Positions 40,301-55,300 of a DNA stretch of 64,000 bases are shown piece after piece. Position numbers and translations under genes: made by a program. The first letter of the stretch is position 1. Each line of letters opens with the position of its first letter. The DNA comes from Adineta vaga (Eukaryota > Animalia > Rotifera). The stretch lies in NCBI GenBank assembly GCA_021613535.1, contig CP075494.1:10168001-10232000 (forward strand), written 5' to 3'. The notes beneath the pieces were generated by a model, which made no database searches, was not told the origin of the DNA, and worked only from the letters and a program-made list of their open reading frames with translations.

Positions 40301-43300
40301 AATGATAGCAACACACTAAAATTGAGCGAGAGTTTTAGGAAAAAACAAAACTTACTGGCGCAGTCTAACCTAAATATCTACTAATGAAAGAAAGATACAA
40401 CTTCACTTATATACAAATGAATATCATACTCGTTTTTTATTTTTGCAGGCTCAACTTCGGCACAGAAATTTTACTCAGGCTATTCAGTCGCTTGTACACG
40501 TTGATATATTGAACAAAAACGATACTGTTGTGCAAATGGCACGCTGTTCTTTCGATATTCATGTTCAGGAGATTCTAGGAACTCTTATTGTCGGGGGTAC
40601 ACTCATAATGCTACGTCCACGAGGTAATATTGACTTCGAATATCTCTCGACAATATTAAAAGAAAAAAAAATTACATCCCTCTACAGTGTACCAACACTG
40701 CTACAACTATTTTTCAATTTTCTTACGACAACTCAGCAAACGTTTGCTACACAATACCTTCGAATTCTTTGTACCGGAGGTAAGCGCATACGAATCGATA
40801 CTCATTGTTGTTTATGATCATATTTTTCAGGCGAGCGATGCTCATTAAAGTTGGTTGAGTTGATGAAAAGTATTATAAATGAAAATTGTTCCATATGGAA
40901 TTTGTGTGGTCCAGCTGAAACTACTCTACAGTCTTTATGTCATCGAGTAAACTTTTCAACAGATATAAAATCGGTTCCTCTTGGCAGGCCTCTTCCTAAG
41001 TATGATTGTATAATTCAAGACGATTTCGGTCAGCCTGTCATTGTCGGTCAAGAGGGTGAAGCACTGATTGGAGGTGTTGGAATATTTGCTGGTTACTTTG
41101 GACGTGATGATTTGACAAAAAAAGTACTTATTACCGTTGACAATGAAAGATTTTATAGAACAGGTGATCTTGTTCGAATGGACAGCAATGGACTTCTCCA
41201 TTACATTGGAAGAAAAGACTTTCAAATCAAACTTCGTGGTCAACGTATCGAAATCGGTGAAATTGAACAGTGTTTGTTGCAAACTTCCATCGACGCATGC
41301 ATCGTCATCAAATGGGGAGAAGATCACCTAGTTGCTTACATTCAAAGTTCTGGCATCACTGAAGAACAGCTACGCGAACATTGTCAATCGCATCTCCCAC
41401 CACATATGATTCCATCGATGTTCATCATACTTGACAAACTTCCTCTCAATCCAAATGGAAAAGTAGATAGAAAACAACTTCCTCTGCCCGAATTTTCTCA
41501 TTTATCATCAGCACATTTGGGTGAAGATGGTAAACCAACAACACCAAGAAATGAAACTGAACGCATCATTCATCACATTTGGTGTGATATACTTAAGAGA
41601 AATGAGATCTCAATCGATACAAGCATCTTCAGTATTGGTGGCCATTCATTACTCATCATGCAACTCTTTCATCGATACAAGATAGAACTTCATCTAGAAG
41701 AAAACATCCTCTCCATTGCTGATCTCTTTCAACATTCATCCATCTCAGATCATGCAAGACTCATTCAAGAGACATTATGCATCATACGAACCGATGATGA
41801 GCATCACTGGTATCCACTATATCTCAGTCAAGGTAAAATACATGTTACATACCTTTGAACAACTATATTTCTCTCTATTCGTTTATTTATAGCTAAAGCA
41901 TCATCTGCTCAAGAGCGCATCTTTCTCGATGAACAAATTCGTTTTGCATCTCAAACTAGCAAAAACATATATGCAATCCCACATCTCTACCGCCCTATGT
42001 CAAACAATGATCAGATCTCAATGTCTAGATTCCACCAAGCACTTCACGCTGTCGTCACAAAACATACCATCCTTCGAACTGCCCTCTATCTCGACATCGA
42101 TGGTTCTATTTTACAACGATGCTTAGAGTCAAATATCTCGTCTTTCCACGGGTCACGAGTATATGGTTTCACAATCATTAATCTTCAGAATGATGATCGT
42201 CAAATCAATGAAACTGTGAGAGAGATTCAAAATCAATCTGATCTGTTTGATTTGTCACAAGGACGTGTCCTTCATTGTCACATTCTTCGTTATTCACACA
42301 TCGATGAAGATCTACTCACTGATCGTGACTTCATACTAATCAACATTCATCATGCAGCATTTGATGGTGCATCCACATCCACTTTTCTCTCTGATCTTGC
42401 TCTTGCCTATGAGAACACCCACCCGCTACTGAGAGATAAAAGTACATTACAATACATTGACTATTCTGTTCATGAACATGTCATGGACACAACATTAGCG
42501 CGTGACTTCTGGCATTCTCATCTCGAAGGATACAATCTTCAGCATCCTCTCGCCCTACCCATGGATCGGCAACGTCCATCCACTACTCAACGATCAGGTC
42601 TTGCATCCAGTAGTCACATCGTGTTCGATGATGATGTTGCTGAAGCCTTTCTTAACTATGCATCATCACATCATCTCACACTCTTTCAACTCGGCTTGGC
42701 TACATTCTATGCATTTCTCTTCAAACTGACGCATGGTCAAGACGACTTATGTGTTGCATCGATCAATGCGAATCGATATCGAAGTGAACTAGTGAACATG
42801 ATTGGAATGTTTGTTTCGACATTGCCATACCGTGTTCAACTGGATCCTCATTGGTCATTCGATGACCTTGTTCGACATGTGCGAGAGAAGTGCCTATCTA
42901 TTCTAGAACATTCTCACTATCCGCTACAGCACATCTTGGCTGACTTTCATCTGAATCAATCGAATGCTTCGTTTCTTGAGACAATGTTCGATTTTATCAC
43001 TGCAAATGAAAACACCGATAATTTCTTTTTGAAAAAGACTCGTTTGGAACAAATATACTTGAAAGATACTAATCCAATGCGAAAGTTTGATTTTGCACTA
43101 ACATTTGCATTTAATTCAATTTTGAGTCGAAACCTACTATCATGTTATTTGGTCTGTTCTACTGACTTATTCGCGGAATCAACGGTATTATTGATTGGAC
43201 AACGATTTAAATTTTTCTTGGAAAACATTTTTCAAACGATTTCCGATGGCAATACAACAGATAGATCAGATATATCAATAAACAGATATTCCATAATTCT

Positions 43301-46300
43301 ACCAGAGGAGACGAGAGAAATAGAAGATCAACTTTTCCATCCTCAGTCGAATGTTTTCAATGAAGGTATGTAGATTTCTGAATATTGAGTTGTATAATAT
43401 CTCTATGAAAACTAAACACGATATACCAAATTTCTACGGTATTTGTTGGAAACTTTTCGCCACAAAAGCGATCTACTTGATTTCAAACAAAATAAAAGAG
43501 ATTTGCAAAGCTTTCGAAATTCTGATGAGTACCCAACAATAGAATCCACTTGAAATTGTTGTGCTGTTGAATAGTCGACAGAACTTAGAAGGATTCTGCA
43601 AACCTCCTTTATCTCTTTGAAGAGTGCATTAAGACGAGTCATCTGCAACTAGACCTTACTCTCAGAAGAAAAGATGAATAACAAATGCTAGATTCTCTCG
43701 TCGGAAAATCTTTATTAAAACTGTCAACCTCTATGATTAATAACTTTGAAGACACTCTCTTGAAATTATGCCATGTTTAGTTTTAGAGAAAACACGCCTA
43801 ACTCTTGTCCATGAACTAAGAGTCTAGAATTTGTATATGCGATATCATTGGAGAATACGATGAAAACGATTGAAATTTATGAAATCTGATGGAGCTGTTT
43901 TTGCAGGAAATACCGTTTACTAGATTGATTGTAGTCAGTGATAGCTCGTCTTACAGAATTTTTGAGCAAAAAGTTATTCTGATCAATAATTTTAATCATA
44001 ATTATAATTTTTAACTGGAGTCATAATCTTTAACTACGATTTTCAACATCATTTATTTCAAATCTGTAAAATAGTTTCATTTTTATCTATAAAACAAGAG
44101 TGGAAAAATGTAACAGTAATGTCAAAGTAACACTTGATTCCTCTATTATACGAGTTATGATTTGAATTAAATCTGAACAACTCTTTAAAGGAAAGACTAT
44201 AATAGTGAAAATCATTTTGACTTTTCCTAAATTATATAGACTTTTAACATCTGAAAATCAATTTTAACTTCCACACTATAAACCAACAGTTTTAACCGAC
44301 TACGCTTGATTAATTGATATTATTTAATACATGTTAACGTATTATTACATTCAATCGGCAAAATGTAATATCACAGATCGTGATCGACATATCATTATTG
44401 TTCAGAAAACGAGACTATGAGGATCTCACTTATGGTTCACTTATAGTAGCTGATTCGTATTCGTATGTCACGCTTCAGTCCTGCATGAATAAAACCGATG
44501 GCTTTTCTTAATATTTAGAATACATTTCGAGCGGGAACAAACTGATTTCATCATTTGGTGATTTCATGTGATTTCAAATGATTTCAGTTATTGAAATCAG
44601 TTTGTTCCCCCTTGATACATGAGGAATACAGAATCAAAAACTTGGAATCTGATTGATTTATTTAGGCAATCTTGTCGGTAAACTGATATTTTTAAAGCTA
44701 ATAAAAACGCATTAAAGCCCTATCTGCATTATCGTTTACAATAGTTACTTTTCAAAAGGAAATGAGCGTATTTATGCACGTTCAAACATGGGGAAGATAA
44801 AATCTAGATAAATGTTGAGCCATTACTTATGGAAAACAGTTCAACTATACATAACTTTTAATTTAAATTTATAAACACTGCGATCTAACAAATCATACCA
44901 GATATTGAGAATAAGCGTTAACACTTTTTTTGTCAATCTGTTCTTTCAAAAATTTTCGTTAATCTATCGCTGTAAGAGAAATATCATCTTTGTATAGCAA
45001 AAATAAGATAGATATTATGCACAAGACAATAGAATAGTCGTTGAAATGATCATTCATACATACCTCACCTAGATAATACAGACGAAGAACATTTGGCTAA
45101 TATTATTCCCCTGTAGCTCCAGCATCTTCCGCTCAAGCTCGTATCTGGCTCGATGAACGGATACGCTTTGATCCTGACAAACCACAAGTGGCCATCTACA
45201 ATATGCCTTTTCTATACCATCTCCATCCAGGATATACTCTATCGATACCACAACTTTGTCATGCTCTTCAACTTATAGTCAGCAAACATCTCTCATTACG
45301 CACATCACTTAACTTCGATTCAGAAAACAATGTACTCATGCAACGAGTGATGGATTTCGATAATCATACTGCAACTAACAGATTATATACATTTGTTGAA
45401 AGCACTTATGAAACAGAGAAACAATTTAACGATATTATTCATGAAGAAAAAAGTAATCCTCAGCTTTTCGATCTTTCTCGAGGTCTTGTCTTTCGATGCC
45501 AACTTGTCCACTACAAACAAACATCTACAAATAATCTTCTTTCTGACAAAGATACAATCATTTTCAATTTTCATCATGCTTTGTTCGACTATCCATCAAT
45601 GAACATATTTCTACATGATCTCAATCAAGCATACACAACTAGACAACTACCAGATAATCACGATATTGATCTACGATATTTAGACTGTAAGTAACACGAC
45701 TCCTTTCTTATCATTATACATTGTTTTTATGTATTGTCTAGATGCTATTACTGAACAACAGATGCCAATGACAGGTGCGAGTATGTTTTGGCTCGATGTT
45801 CTTCATGGTTGTCGCCTCGATCAACTTCTATCGTTGCCGTATGATCGACATCGGTTATCGAATGAATATCGAACAGGCCGTGGAACATCTGTTTCTTTTG
45901 AGTTAGGTCGAGATCTTTCGAATAATCTTCTCCCTTATGCATCATCAAACAACATCAATTTTAAACATTTATCACTTAGTATTTACTATGCCTTCTTATT
46001 TAAATTAACAAATGGAGAGAAAGATATTTGTATTGGAATGAATACACACGGTAGATATAGACAAGAGTTTAAATCTGTGATCGGGATGTTTGTAAATGCT
46101 ATCCCATTGCGATGTCAACTTGACCCTCACTGGTCTTTTCGACATTTATGTGATTATGTCCGTGAGACAGAAACAAGTTGTATGAAATATTCGTATTTTC
46201 CTCTTCAACGTATCCTCTCTCAGCATCCTAATATCTCAAGAGCTGCGTTTCTTGACACTTCCTTCGAATTTCTAGCAACGCTCGCTGATGAGCACAATAA

Positions 46301-49300
46301 CAAGATCACAATTGGTGATAGTCATTTATCTTCAACACCGTTTTCCATCAAGATAAGCGAAGATGAAATAATGAGTAAATTTGATTTCGTTGTTAGTATT
46401 CATCATCATATGCGCGAGAATGCATTCTCATGTACAGTGAATGCATCAGTTGATCTTTTTAATTACGAAAGAGTGTATATGATTGCGCAACAATTCTATT
46501 TCACACTCGAATACTTGTTTTCAATTAATCATAGCCAGACTATGAAATCCTTTTGTGAAATATCAATGATGTTACCGAAAGAAAAGTTACTGTTACAATC
46601 ATTAAATAATACTCAACCGGCGTATATGAATGGTTCTTGTATTCATCATGAATTTGCGTATCGAGCGACGACATATTCACAAAAACTAGCTATTGAGCTT
46701 GATGAACAGTCCCTCACATATTGCGAACTACTGCATTATGTTCAAGTACTCTCTTTACAACTTATAACAACTTATCACGTCGTTCCATATGAGACCATAT
46801 GTCAATGTGTGGAACGAAGCGTATCAATGGTAGGATAATTAGTAATCACAATGCCTATCTATTCTAATAAAAAATTGATACAAACTAGGTAATTGGTATG
46901 ATAGCTATTGAAATGGCTGGTGGTGTGTATTGCCCATTGTCAGCTCGTGATCCACAACAACGTTTGCATGCACTAGTGGAACAAACTCAATGTCGTCTCG
47001 TTTTATTACATTGTTCTACAGACACCATGTTCAGCAATGATTTAGTTCTAATTAATATCGATTCGCTGTTGATTAATAACAGTACACATGACAATATTTA
47101 TTATGATCTACTATCGAATATTTCAGTGGTCTCAGATAGTATTGCATACATCATATTCACAAGTGGATCGACAGGAGTACCAAAACCGGTCAGTAACACA
47201 AAACATAGGAGTGAACCGATTTTTTCTAGTACTATTGACGCGAGCGAGCAAAGTAACATCCTGTACAATTTCTAAGCTATACAGTTTGATATAATTCGAT
47301 ATCTTCCCTAAAAAGTTGAACAAGTAACACAATATAGTTACATAACGTTATGATGTGTTTTTCAAAAATTTCTCATGTTTTTCATTTGTATATATGTGTA
47401 TATTTCAAACTGCATGTAGTCAACAAGGGATGGATGCTGGAAATGTTTCTTGATTCCATTATTGTTAGAACTATCTTCAATAGAAATCCGTGATGAGACA
47501 AATAAGCTGCTTAAAATTTATTAGGAATTAATGTTTCAAAAAGCCCTTTTCCAAAGGAAAGAAAACTAACTTCTTTTCAGAAAAACAAAACAATTTTTTG
47601 GTTAAGACGAAAGTTGCTCAGATGATATATTCTTTATTACATAATTTTTTAGTAGACGGGGCTTCGTTCGAACATGTTCGAATTTGTTTTTTGTACTAAA
47701 AGAGAAAATTGAATATAAATTATTCTATTGAAATACGATAAATCCAGATTTCTAGCAATGTATTCCAGACGACCGAGCGCAAAAGTATAGAAACAGTTAC
47801 GAAAGATACATCATATAATAGAATATTTTACAGTGCACAGGGGATTATGTGTAACATCTTTTCTTTTATCACCAAAATATTTTTTGTGTTCCGTAGATTT
47901 TCCTATAATACTTGATAATTTACGTGTATGCTCTATAACTCAGTGATTATATGAATTATAGGACAGAATTTGGTTTAACAGCAAATGATAGCAACACACT
48001 AAAATTGAGCGAGAGTTTTAGGAAAAAACAAAACTTACTGGCGCAGTCTAACCTAAATATCTACTAATGAAAGAAAGATACAACTTCACTTATATACAAA
48101 TGAATATCATACTCGTTTTTTATTTTTGCAGGCTCAACTTCGGCACAGAAATTTTACTCAGGCTATTCAGTCGCTTGTACACGTTGATATATTGAACAAA
48201 AACGATACTGTTGTGCAAATGGCACGCTGTTCTTTCGATATTCATGTTCAGGAGATTCTAGGAACTCTTATTGTCGGGGGTACACTCATAATGCTACGTC
48301 CACGAGGTAATATTGACTTCGAATATCTCTCGACAATATTAAAAGAAAAAAAAATTACATCCCTCTACAGTGTACCAACACTGCTACAACTATTTTTCAA
48401 TTTTCTTACGACAACTCAGCAAACGTTTGCTACACAATACCTTCGAATTCTTTGTACCGGAGGTAAGCGCATACGAATCGATACTCATTGTTGTTTATGA
48501 TCATATTTTTCAGGCGAGCGATGCTCATTAAAGTTGGTTGAGTTGATGAAAAGTATTATAAATGAAAATTGTTCCATATGGAATTTGTGTGGTCCAGCTG
48601 AAACTACTCTACAGTCTTTATGTCATCGAGTAAACTTTTCAACAGATATAAAATCGGTTCCTCTTGGCAGGCCTCTTCCTAAGTATGATTGTATAATTCA
48701 AGACGATTTCGGTCAGCCTGTCATTGTCGGTCAAGAGGGTGAAGCACTGATTGGAGGTGTTGGAATATATGCTGGTTACTTTGGACGTGACGATTTAACA
48801 GCGAAAGTACTCATCAATATTGATGGTCAGACTTACTATCGAACAGGTGACCTTGTTCGAATGGATGTCAACGGACTACTCTATTATGTTGGCAGAAAAG
48901 ATTTTCAAATCAAACTACGTGGTCAACGTATTGAAATTGGTGAAATCGAACAATGCCTCTTGAACACATCTATATCTGCTTGCGTTGTCATCAAATGGGG
49001 AGAAGATCATCTAGTTGCTTATGTTCAAAGTTCTCATACTACCGAAGAACAACTACGTGAGCATTGTCTATCGCATCTCCCACCACATATGGTTCCATCC
49101 ATGTTTATCCTGCTTGACAAACTTCCTCTCAATGCTAACGGAAAAGTAGATCGAAAACAACTTCCTTCGCCGGAATTTTCGAATTTAACCTCTTTATCAC
49201 AAGACGAATCTGATAATCCACTGAATCACTTGGAACAACAAGTATATGATATCTGGTGTCAAGTTCTTCATTTTAAAGGAAGTCATTTATCTAAAACTAT

Positions 49301-52300
49301 CAACTTCTTTAGTGTGGGTGGTCATTCACTACTTTTTATTGAGTTGTATCATCGCTACCAAACCACGTTCCAGTTTGATATTCATACTCTGTCAATTGCA
49401 CCTTTTCTTGAACAACCGACTATAGTTCAGCATGCAAGCTTACTGGAAAAAGTCATAATGAATGAGCTGAAGTCAGCACAATGGCATACACTCCATCTGA
49501 TCAAAGGTAAAACACTCTCATTCCACATGATGCTCTTACATAAAATGATTTTATTTACTAATTAATATGTAGGCAACGCATCTTTTGCTCAAGAACGCAT
49601 TTTTCTGGACGAGCAAGTTCGATTCTCAAACGAAATTGCTATCTACAATGAGTTGGTCGTCTTAAGAATCATTGATGGTACCTTGTCAGTGGATCGACTA
49701 TTAAAGGCTTTTCATTTTCTGTTAAGCAAACATACTATACTAAGGACATCTATTGTTTTTGACAATGAGAGTGGTACTGTTCATCAGTATATTAATAACA
49801 CCACTGATATCTCTACAGTAGTGAAAAAACAAACATTTGAGAATGAAAGTCATCTCAACGAGACCATAGGTTTGCTAGTAATTGATCCTAATCTCTTCGA
49901 TTTATCCATTGGACGTGTCTTTAGCTGTCAACTATTTTATCGACAATCATCAAACAGCGAAGAAAGAAATACTGATTTCATCGCAGAATCCGATGTTCTC
50001 ATATTTGCTTTTCATCATGCAGCCTTTGATCGGACATCTCGCTCGATATTTTTCAAGGATCTGTATCATGCTTATAATAATAATTCAATATGGTTCGACG
50101 AAGAGAAATCATTGCAATACATTGATTATAGTGTTCATGAACGTCTAATCGATATGACACCATCACGCGAGTTTTGGCGTTCTCAACTAGCTGGCTACCA
50201 TGTTGAGCATCACTTAGCGTTGCCTGTTGATCGACGTCGTTCGCCCAGTGAACAACGATCTGGTGCAAGTTCTATTGCTCAGATATCATTGGACAATGAT
50301 GTTTCAACCGCATTCTTGGAATATGCTTCATCACATCAAGTGACACCATTTCAACTAGGTCTTGCTACATTCTATGCATTTTTGTTCAAGTTAACACATG
50401 GTGACAATGATATATGTGTTTCGACCCTAAATGCTAACCGATACAGACCTGAGTTGCAGAATATGGTCGGAATGTTTGTTACAACATTACCACATCGAAT
50501 TCAACTTGACCAACAGTGGACTTTTCATGAACTTGTTGAAATTGTGCACGATAAATGCTTATCGATTCTTGAACACTCTTATTATCCTTTGCAGCAAATT
50601 ATAACTGACATGCGTCTGAATCAATCAACTGTTCCATTTCTTGAAACGTTGTTTGACTTTGCTACTGGAACCTCGGATAGCAATCGGACATGTTTACAAG
50701 CAGCAACTTTGGAATCTATGCCAGTAGAACAATCTACTCATGTTGCTAAATTTGATGTCAAGTTTTCGTTTGTCTATGACCCATGGTTAAAAGATAATAA
50801 GTTATCATTTAATTTAAATTGTTCAAGTGATTTGTTTCACGGGACAACGGTTCTGACGATGGCTCGAAGATTCAATCATTTTCTTCATCAAATTTTTTCA
50901 ACAAATCTAAATGACTCTCAAGTCGACACTCATACTCGAACTTTGAATAAGTGTAATATTATTCTACCAGAAGAAGATTTAGAAATTCAAAAGCAAGGCT
51001 TCTGTCGACAATTAACTGATACAAAGGAAGGTATGTTGATATTTCAAGAGAAAGCTGCTAGCATGTGAGAGATTGAATCGATAAAAGCTTGAAAATCTCT
51101 CCTGCTTGGAAAAATCGCTTTATTGCTGAAAAGAATTCGTTATAGTACAATGATAAACTTCGCATTCTTGACTAACTTTTTGCATTGTGAGATCTTAGCG
51201 AAAGCATGGGACGTCGCCCAAGAAGTTTTTATTGTTATAACCGGGTAATGGGTTCCTTTTGCGCGTATACTGTCGCTTTCGTTCACATCTATCACTGTTA
51301 TACGCTCTGTAAAAGCTTATTATCGCCAGCCTTAACGAAGATATTCTGAACAAAAAATTAACAGAAAAAGGACGCGGATAAAAGTGAAGGTGTAGCAAAA
51401 GGAGGAACACGTATTATTATGATTTGAACACTCTTTGCATCTACTCTTACGCCTACTCCAGCAGCTTTTATACCCATTGATTATGGTTGATCTTTGTTTT
51501 TCGATCCTTGAAATACGAAAGATCAAAGGACTTTGATATCGCTCGAGAAAAGCTGATCTGGATAAGATAGATCTCAGTTACCTCTAAATCTATACGCTTG
51601 CTTTTGCTCCTATTCACCTGCATCCAAACTCTCGTATCGAAGATGAAGATTTGTTTTTATAGATCATTCTCTTTCTCGTACAGAAGAGTCTTGCAAGAAA
51701 AAACTGTTTGCTTACTTGCTTGTTTGTCTGTGCGCACTTCACTGATTGGTACAAAATCAATGTAAAAATAAAAAGAATTATTTTCGATAAAACCTGAACG
51801 AAGGTTAATCAACATCAGAGATGAACACGGCGCAACATGTTATGTCCTCCTCTGTTCTGATGAACGACAGAACAAAACAAAAATCGAAAGCACTTCCTGT
51901 ATAGAGGGCAGGACAACACAGTAAAAGCTCGAATGTGAAAATCGTCCGGACCGACATAAACATCCAGTTTAGCGGGGCAATCGTTACAGAGAAAGTTCAA
52001 CTAGTATTTGCACTTTACAGTTACTTTTCAAAAATAACAATTTTTTACTCGATTAAAAAAACATTATTTCATACGTTTGAAGCAACTGTAAAGTACTACT
52101 CCTGGGTTCAACAAAAACAAATCCACCCATCCTTTTGCATTATTGTCTACGTTTTTTAGTTAGATTTTATTACTTTATTCAATGAAGTATAATCGATTGC
52201 GACTAAACATTTATCAATACAACAGATACAAATGATAAATAAAGATTCTCTTAAATATGTTGCGAATAATCATTTCTTCTTTTAAGAATATCAGGTATAT

Positions 52301-55300
52301 TTGCTATTGAAACACAAAACTTATCTTTCAATTTTCGAAAAGATAAACTGCGGTCACTGTCTCTTGATAAATCAACCTTTTACTCCGAATGCATATTATG
52401 CCTAGACGTCATATTGAGACAAGTATCTTTCATTCTTTATGTCGATCTTGATCGAATATAACTTTACCATCAGTAAAATTCAGAACATTGACTTTCACAA
52501 TATCGGCTATATATTTAGATGTGTGTTTCGGTGAGGATGACGAGATAAGCAGACGATTAGACGATGGTATGAGTGTTTGCTAGCGTAACAAAATGACGGA
52601 TTCGCAGAGTAGAGTTCTAACGATGAATACATAGCTACAGTTCATCTATGCGACCTGTTCACCGGGCACTATCTTAGCTTTCTTTGTTTTCTGATGGATG
52701 ATCACTCCTATAGGAGTTGTGCTAAATAAAGAAAAAACACGATTGTGAGTATACAGATGAAACAATACATCATCATATCGAAAGACCAAGGGAGAAAAGC
52801 GGATCATGTGGATCCTTTTGTATTCGGCAGATACGCTTGGATCCTATATATTCTATGAATTCTACCGGATCATTTTGGGTCGTATGGATTCTCTTTGATT
52901 TTATCGGATTCTCCTTGATCTTGAGAAAGGGATAAGGCATATCCTAGGATATAACAGAAACCGATAGGATTCAACAGAATCTGATAGGATCCAACAGAAT
53001 CCATAGAGTTCGCTTTTCCCCCCTTGTGATAAATTGATTGAGCTGTCATAAACTCTTTTTGAACGTTTACTGTTCTCCACTTATTTTTTTCAGTGCTAGT
53101 GGTCTTTTTATACACCCCTAACTTCTTTACCTCAAGTTCGGTTAAATTGTTACTGTTCTCATTATTCTAATAATTATAAATTCAAGAGTATGTTAGAATT
53201 ATAATACTTCTCAATTTTACTCGCTCCGACTCTAGGGTATTTTTGAATTCTTTTCAAATTCAAAATGAAAAAAAAAGAACGATATTTTTTCACACAACCC
53301 AGGGTATACGGACTAAACAAAAAAAACGTTTTTATTCAATAAAGACAGTCAATCTTATATTCACTTGGCATCACTAACCGTTTTTATCGTTCTCTCACGA
53401 TTTCAACCCTCTCATCAGACACTGACCAGACATACTTACACTACTATCATCATAGAATCAACACAGTCATTTATTAATATATGGAAATATAGATAGACAT
53501 CAATGTATACTTTCATATATCCTTAATTCTGAAAAGGTTGGGTGTACGGTCTGAGAATATACAGATCTTCACATGCTCTTAAAAGTTTCTATACTGCATA
53601 ACAAATAAAGAGCTGAACATCGGTAGACCTAGCCTCGTCCAGATCAAGGATACATGGAAGTATACATGTATGTATAGTTTTGTATATTTATGTATGAACA
53701 ATTATAAAGACCCAGATACCCATGATTTCAGTCGGAAATGGGGTCATTTTTTTTCTTTTAAATCCAGAAAGAATTCAACTAGACCATTCTATGCTTATTC
53801 CGAGATTCAGATTGTCATAGAAGTCCGATTATTCTAGAACTCTTATTTAGGGATGACACTTTAACTTTTTTTAGAGGTTAAAGTAACTACTTTAACGGGA
53901 AAATGACGTTTCATACCACTTTGTTTTTCCGAACTGCGTGACGAAAAAAAATGATAGAAATCTTATCATGGAATCCGTGAAGCGAAAGTTGAAGTAAGTA
54001 AACAGCATTTTTCGAACGAATGGATGTATAAAATAAGTACTTATATCAATTGGCGGTGCCTGAGCCCACCCAGTCTTACTTGTGGGTGAATTTGGCCCTC
54101 GTTGGCCCACTCTGGACAACATGTCTGCTCACATCCACATCCTCTCGGCAAGAAATTTCCGAACATCCGATAAAAATTCCCGGATATCCGACATCCCCGA
54201 ACATCTGCACGAAATCAGCAAAAAATAGTTTTCTTTTCAAACACCCGGACACGTTACCCGATGTTCAGAATGGATGGTACGAAACGTAGTTCACCCACTT
54301 TAACTTTAAAATCATAGCAAAATAAAACTATTTTGAATTTTAGAATCGTATTAAAGTTAAAATATTTTGAAGTGACTTAGTATCATTTGCAACTGAGCAA
54401 CGAACACATTTTAAATACTATAAAGAAATTTTTAATGTTAAAGCTAAAATGAAACTTTAATCACTTTTTCAAAGTAAAGTTAAAGTTAAAGTGTCACCTC
54501 TACTCTACTTCGTTCAATGTTTCGATAAACCCTACTGGGTCAAAATTCTTGTACTTTTGATTATACTCACGGATCCAAAATTGCGATCATTCTAACATTC
54601 TAACTCTTCTAAAACTCAAACTTATTCATTTTCATAAAAATTTCCACAATATGATAGTCTTTGGTTTCTTGTGCCCGTAATCCGTGTATAATATGCGTAG
54701 TATTTGGAATCCTATTCGAAGTTCGAGTATCAGAAGAGGACTACATGTAATTCTAACTATATTCGACAAATACTAAATTTGATGATGTTCGTAAAGTGAA
54801 TTTGTACGTTAGCACCAGCGTCCTATGCGCAAGCTCGCATTTGGCTCGATGAACGGATTCGATTCGACCCTGACAAACCACAACTCGCAATATACAACAT
54901 GCCTTTTCTCTATCGCCTCTCCTCCGGATATACTCTATCAATATCACAACTTCGCCATGCTCTTCAACTCATTGTGCAGAAACATCTATCACTACGAACA
55001 TCACTCAACTTCGATTCAGAAAACAATGTACTCATGCAACGAATTGTTGATTTAGACAACGATAATAAAGATCAACTATATGAATTCATCGAAAGTACCT
55101 ATGAAACAGAGGAAGAACTCAGTCACATTGCACACTGAGAAAGGCAATCCACATATCTTTGATCTTTCTCGAGGTCTTGTCTTTCGATGCCATCTCGTCT
55201 ACTACAAACGAATATGCACAATTGATCTTCTTTCCGACAAAGATGCGATCATTTTCAATTTTCATCATGCTTTGTTCGACTTTCCATCAATGAGCATATT

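Larger units (their letters stand above)
50064..55184 (+). repeat. Segmental duplication C, copy 1 (copy 2 at 58,880 to at least 64,000; offset about 8,815)
   Basis: Near-identical over 5.1 kb, including the whole 3.78-kb intron and its MITEs. The differences I saw are homopolymer-length changes, one 2-bp indel and a substitution near the 5' edge. Confidence 0.93.
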
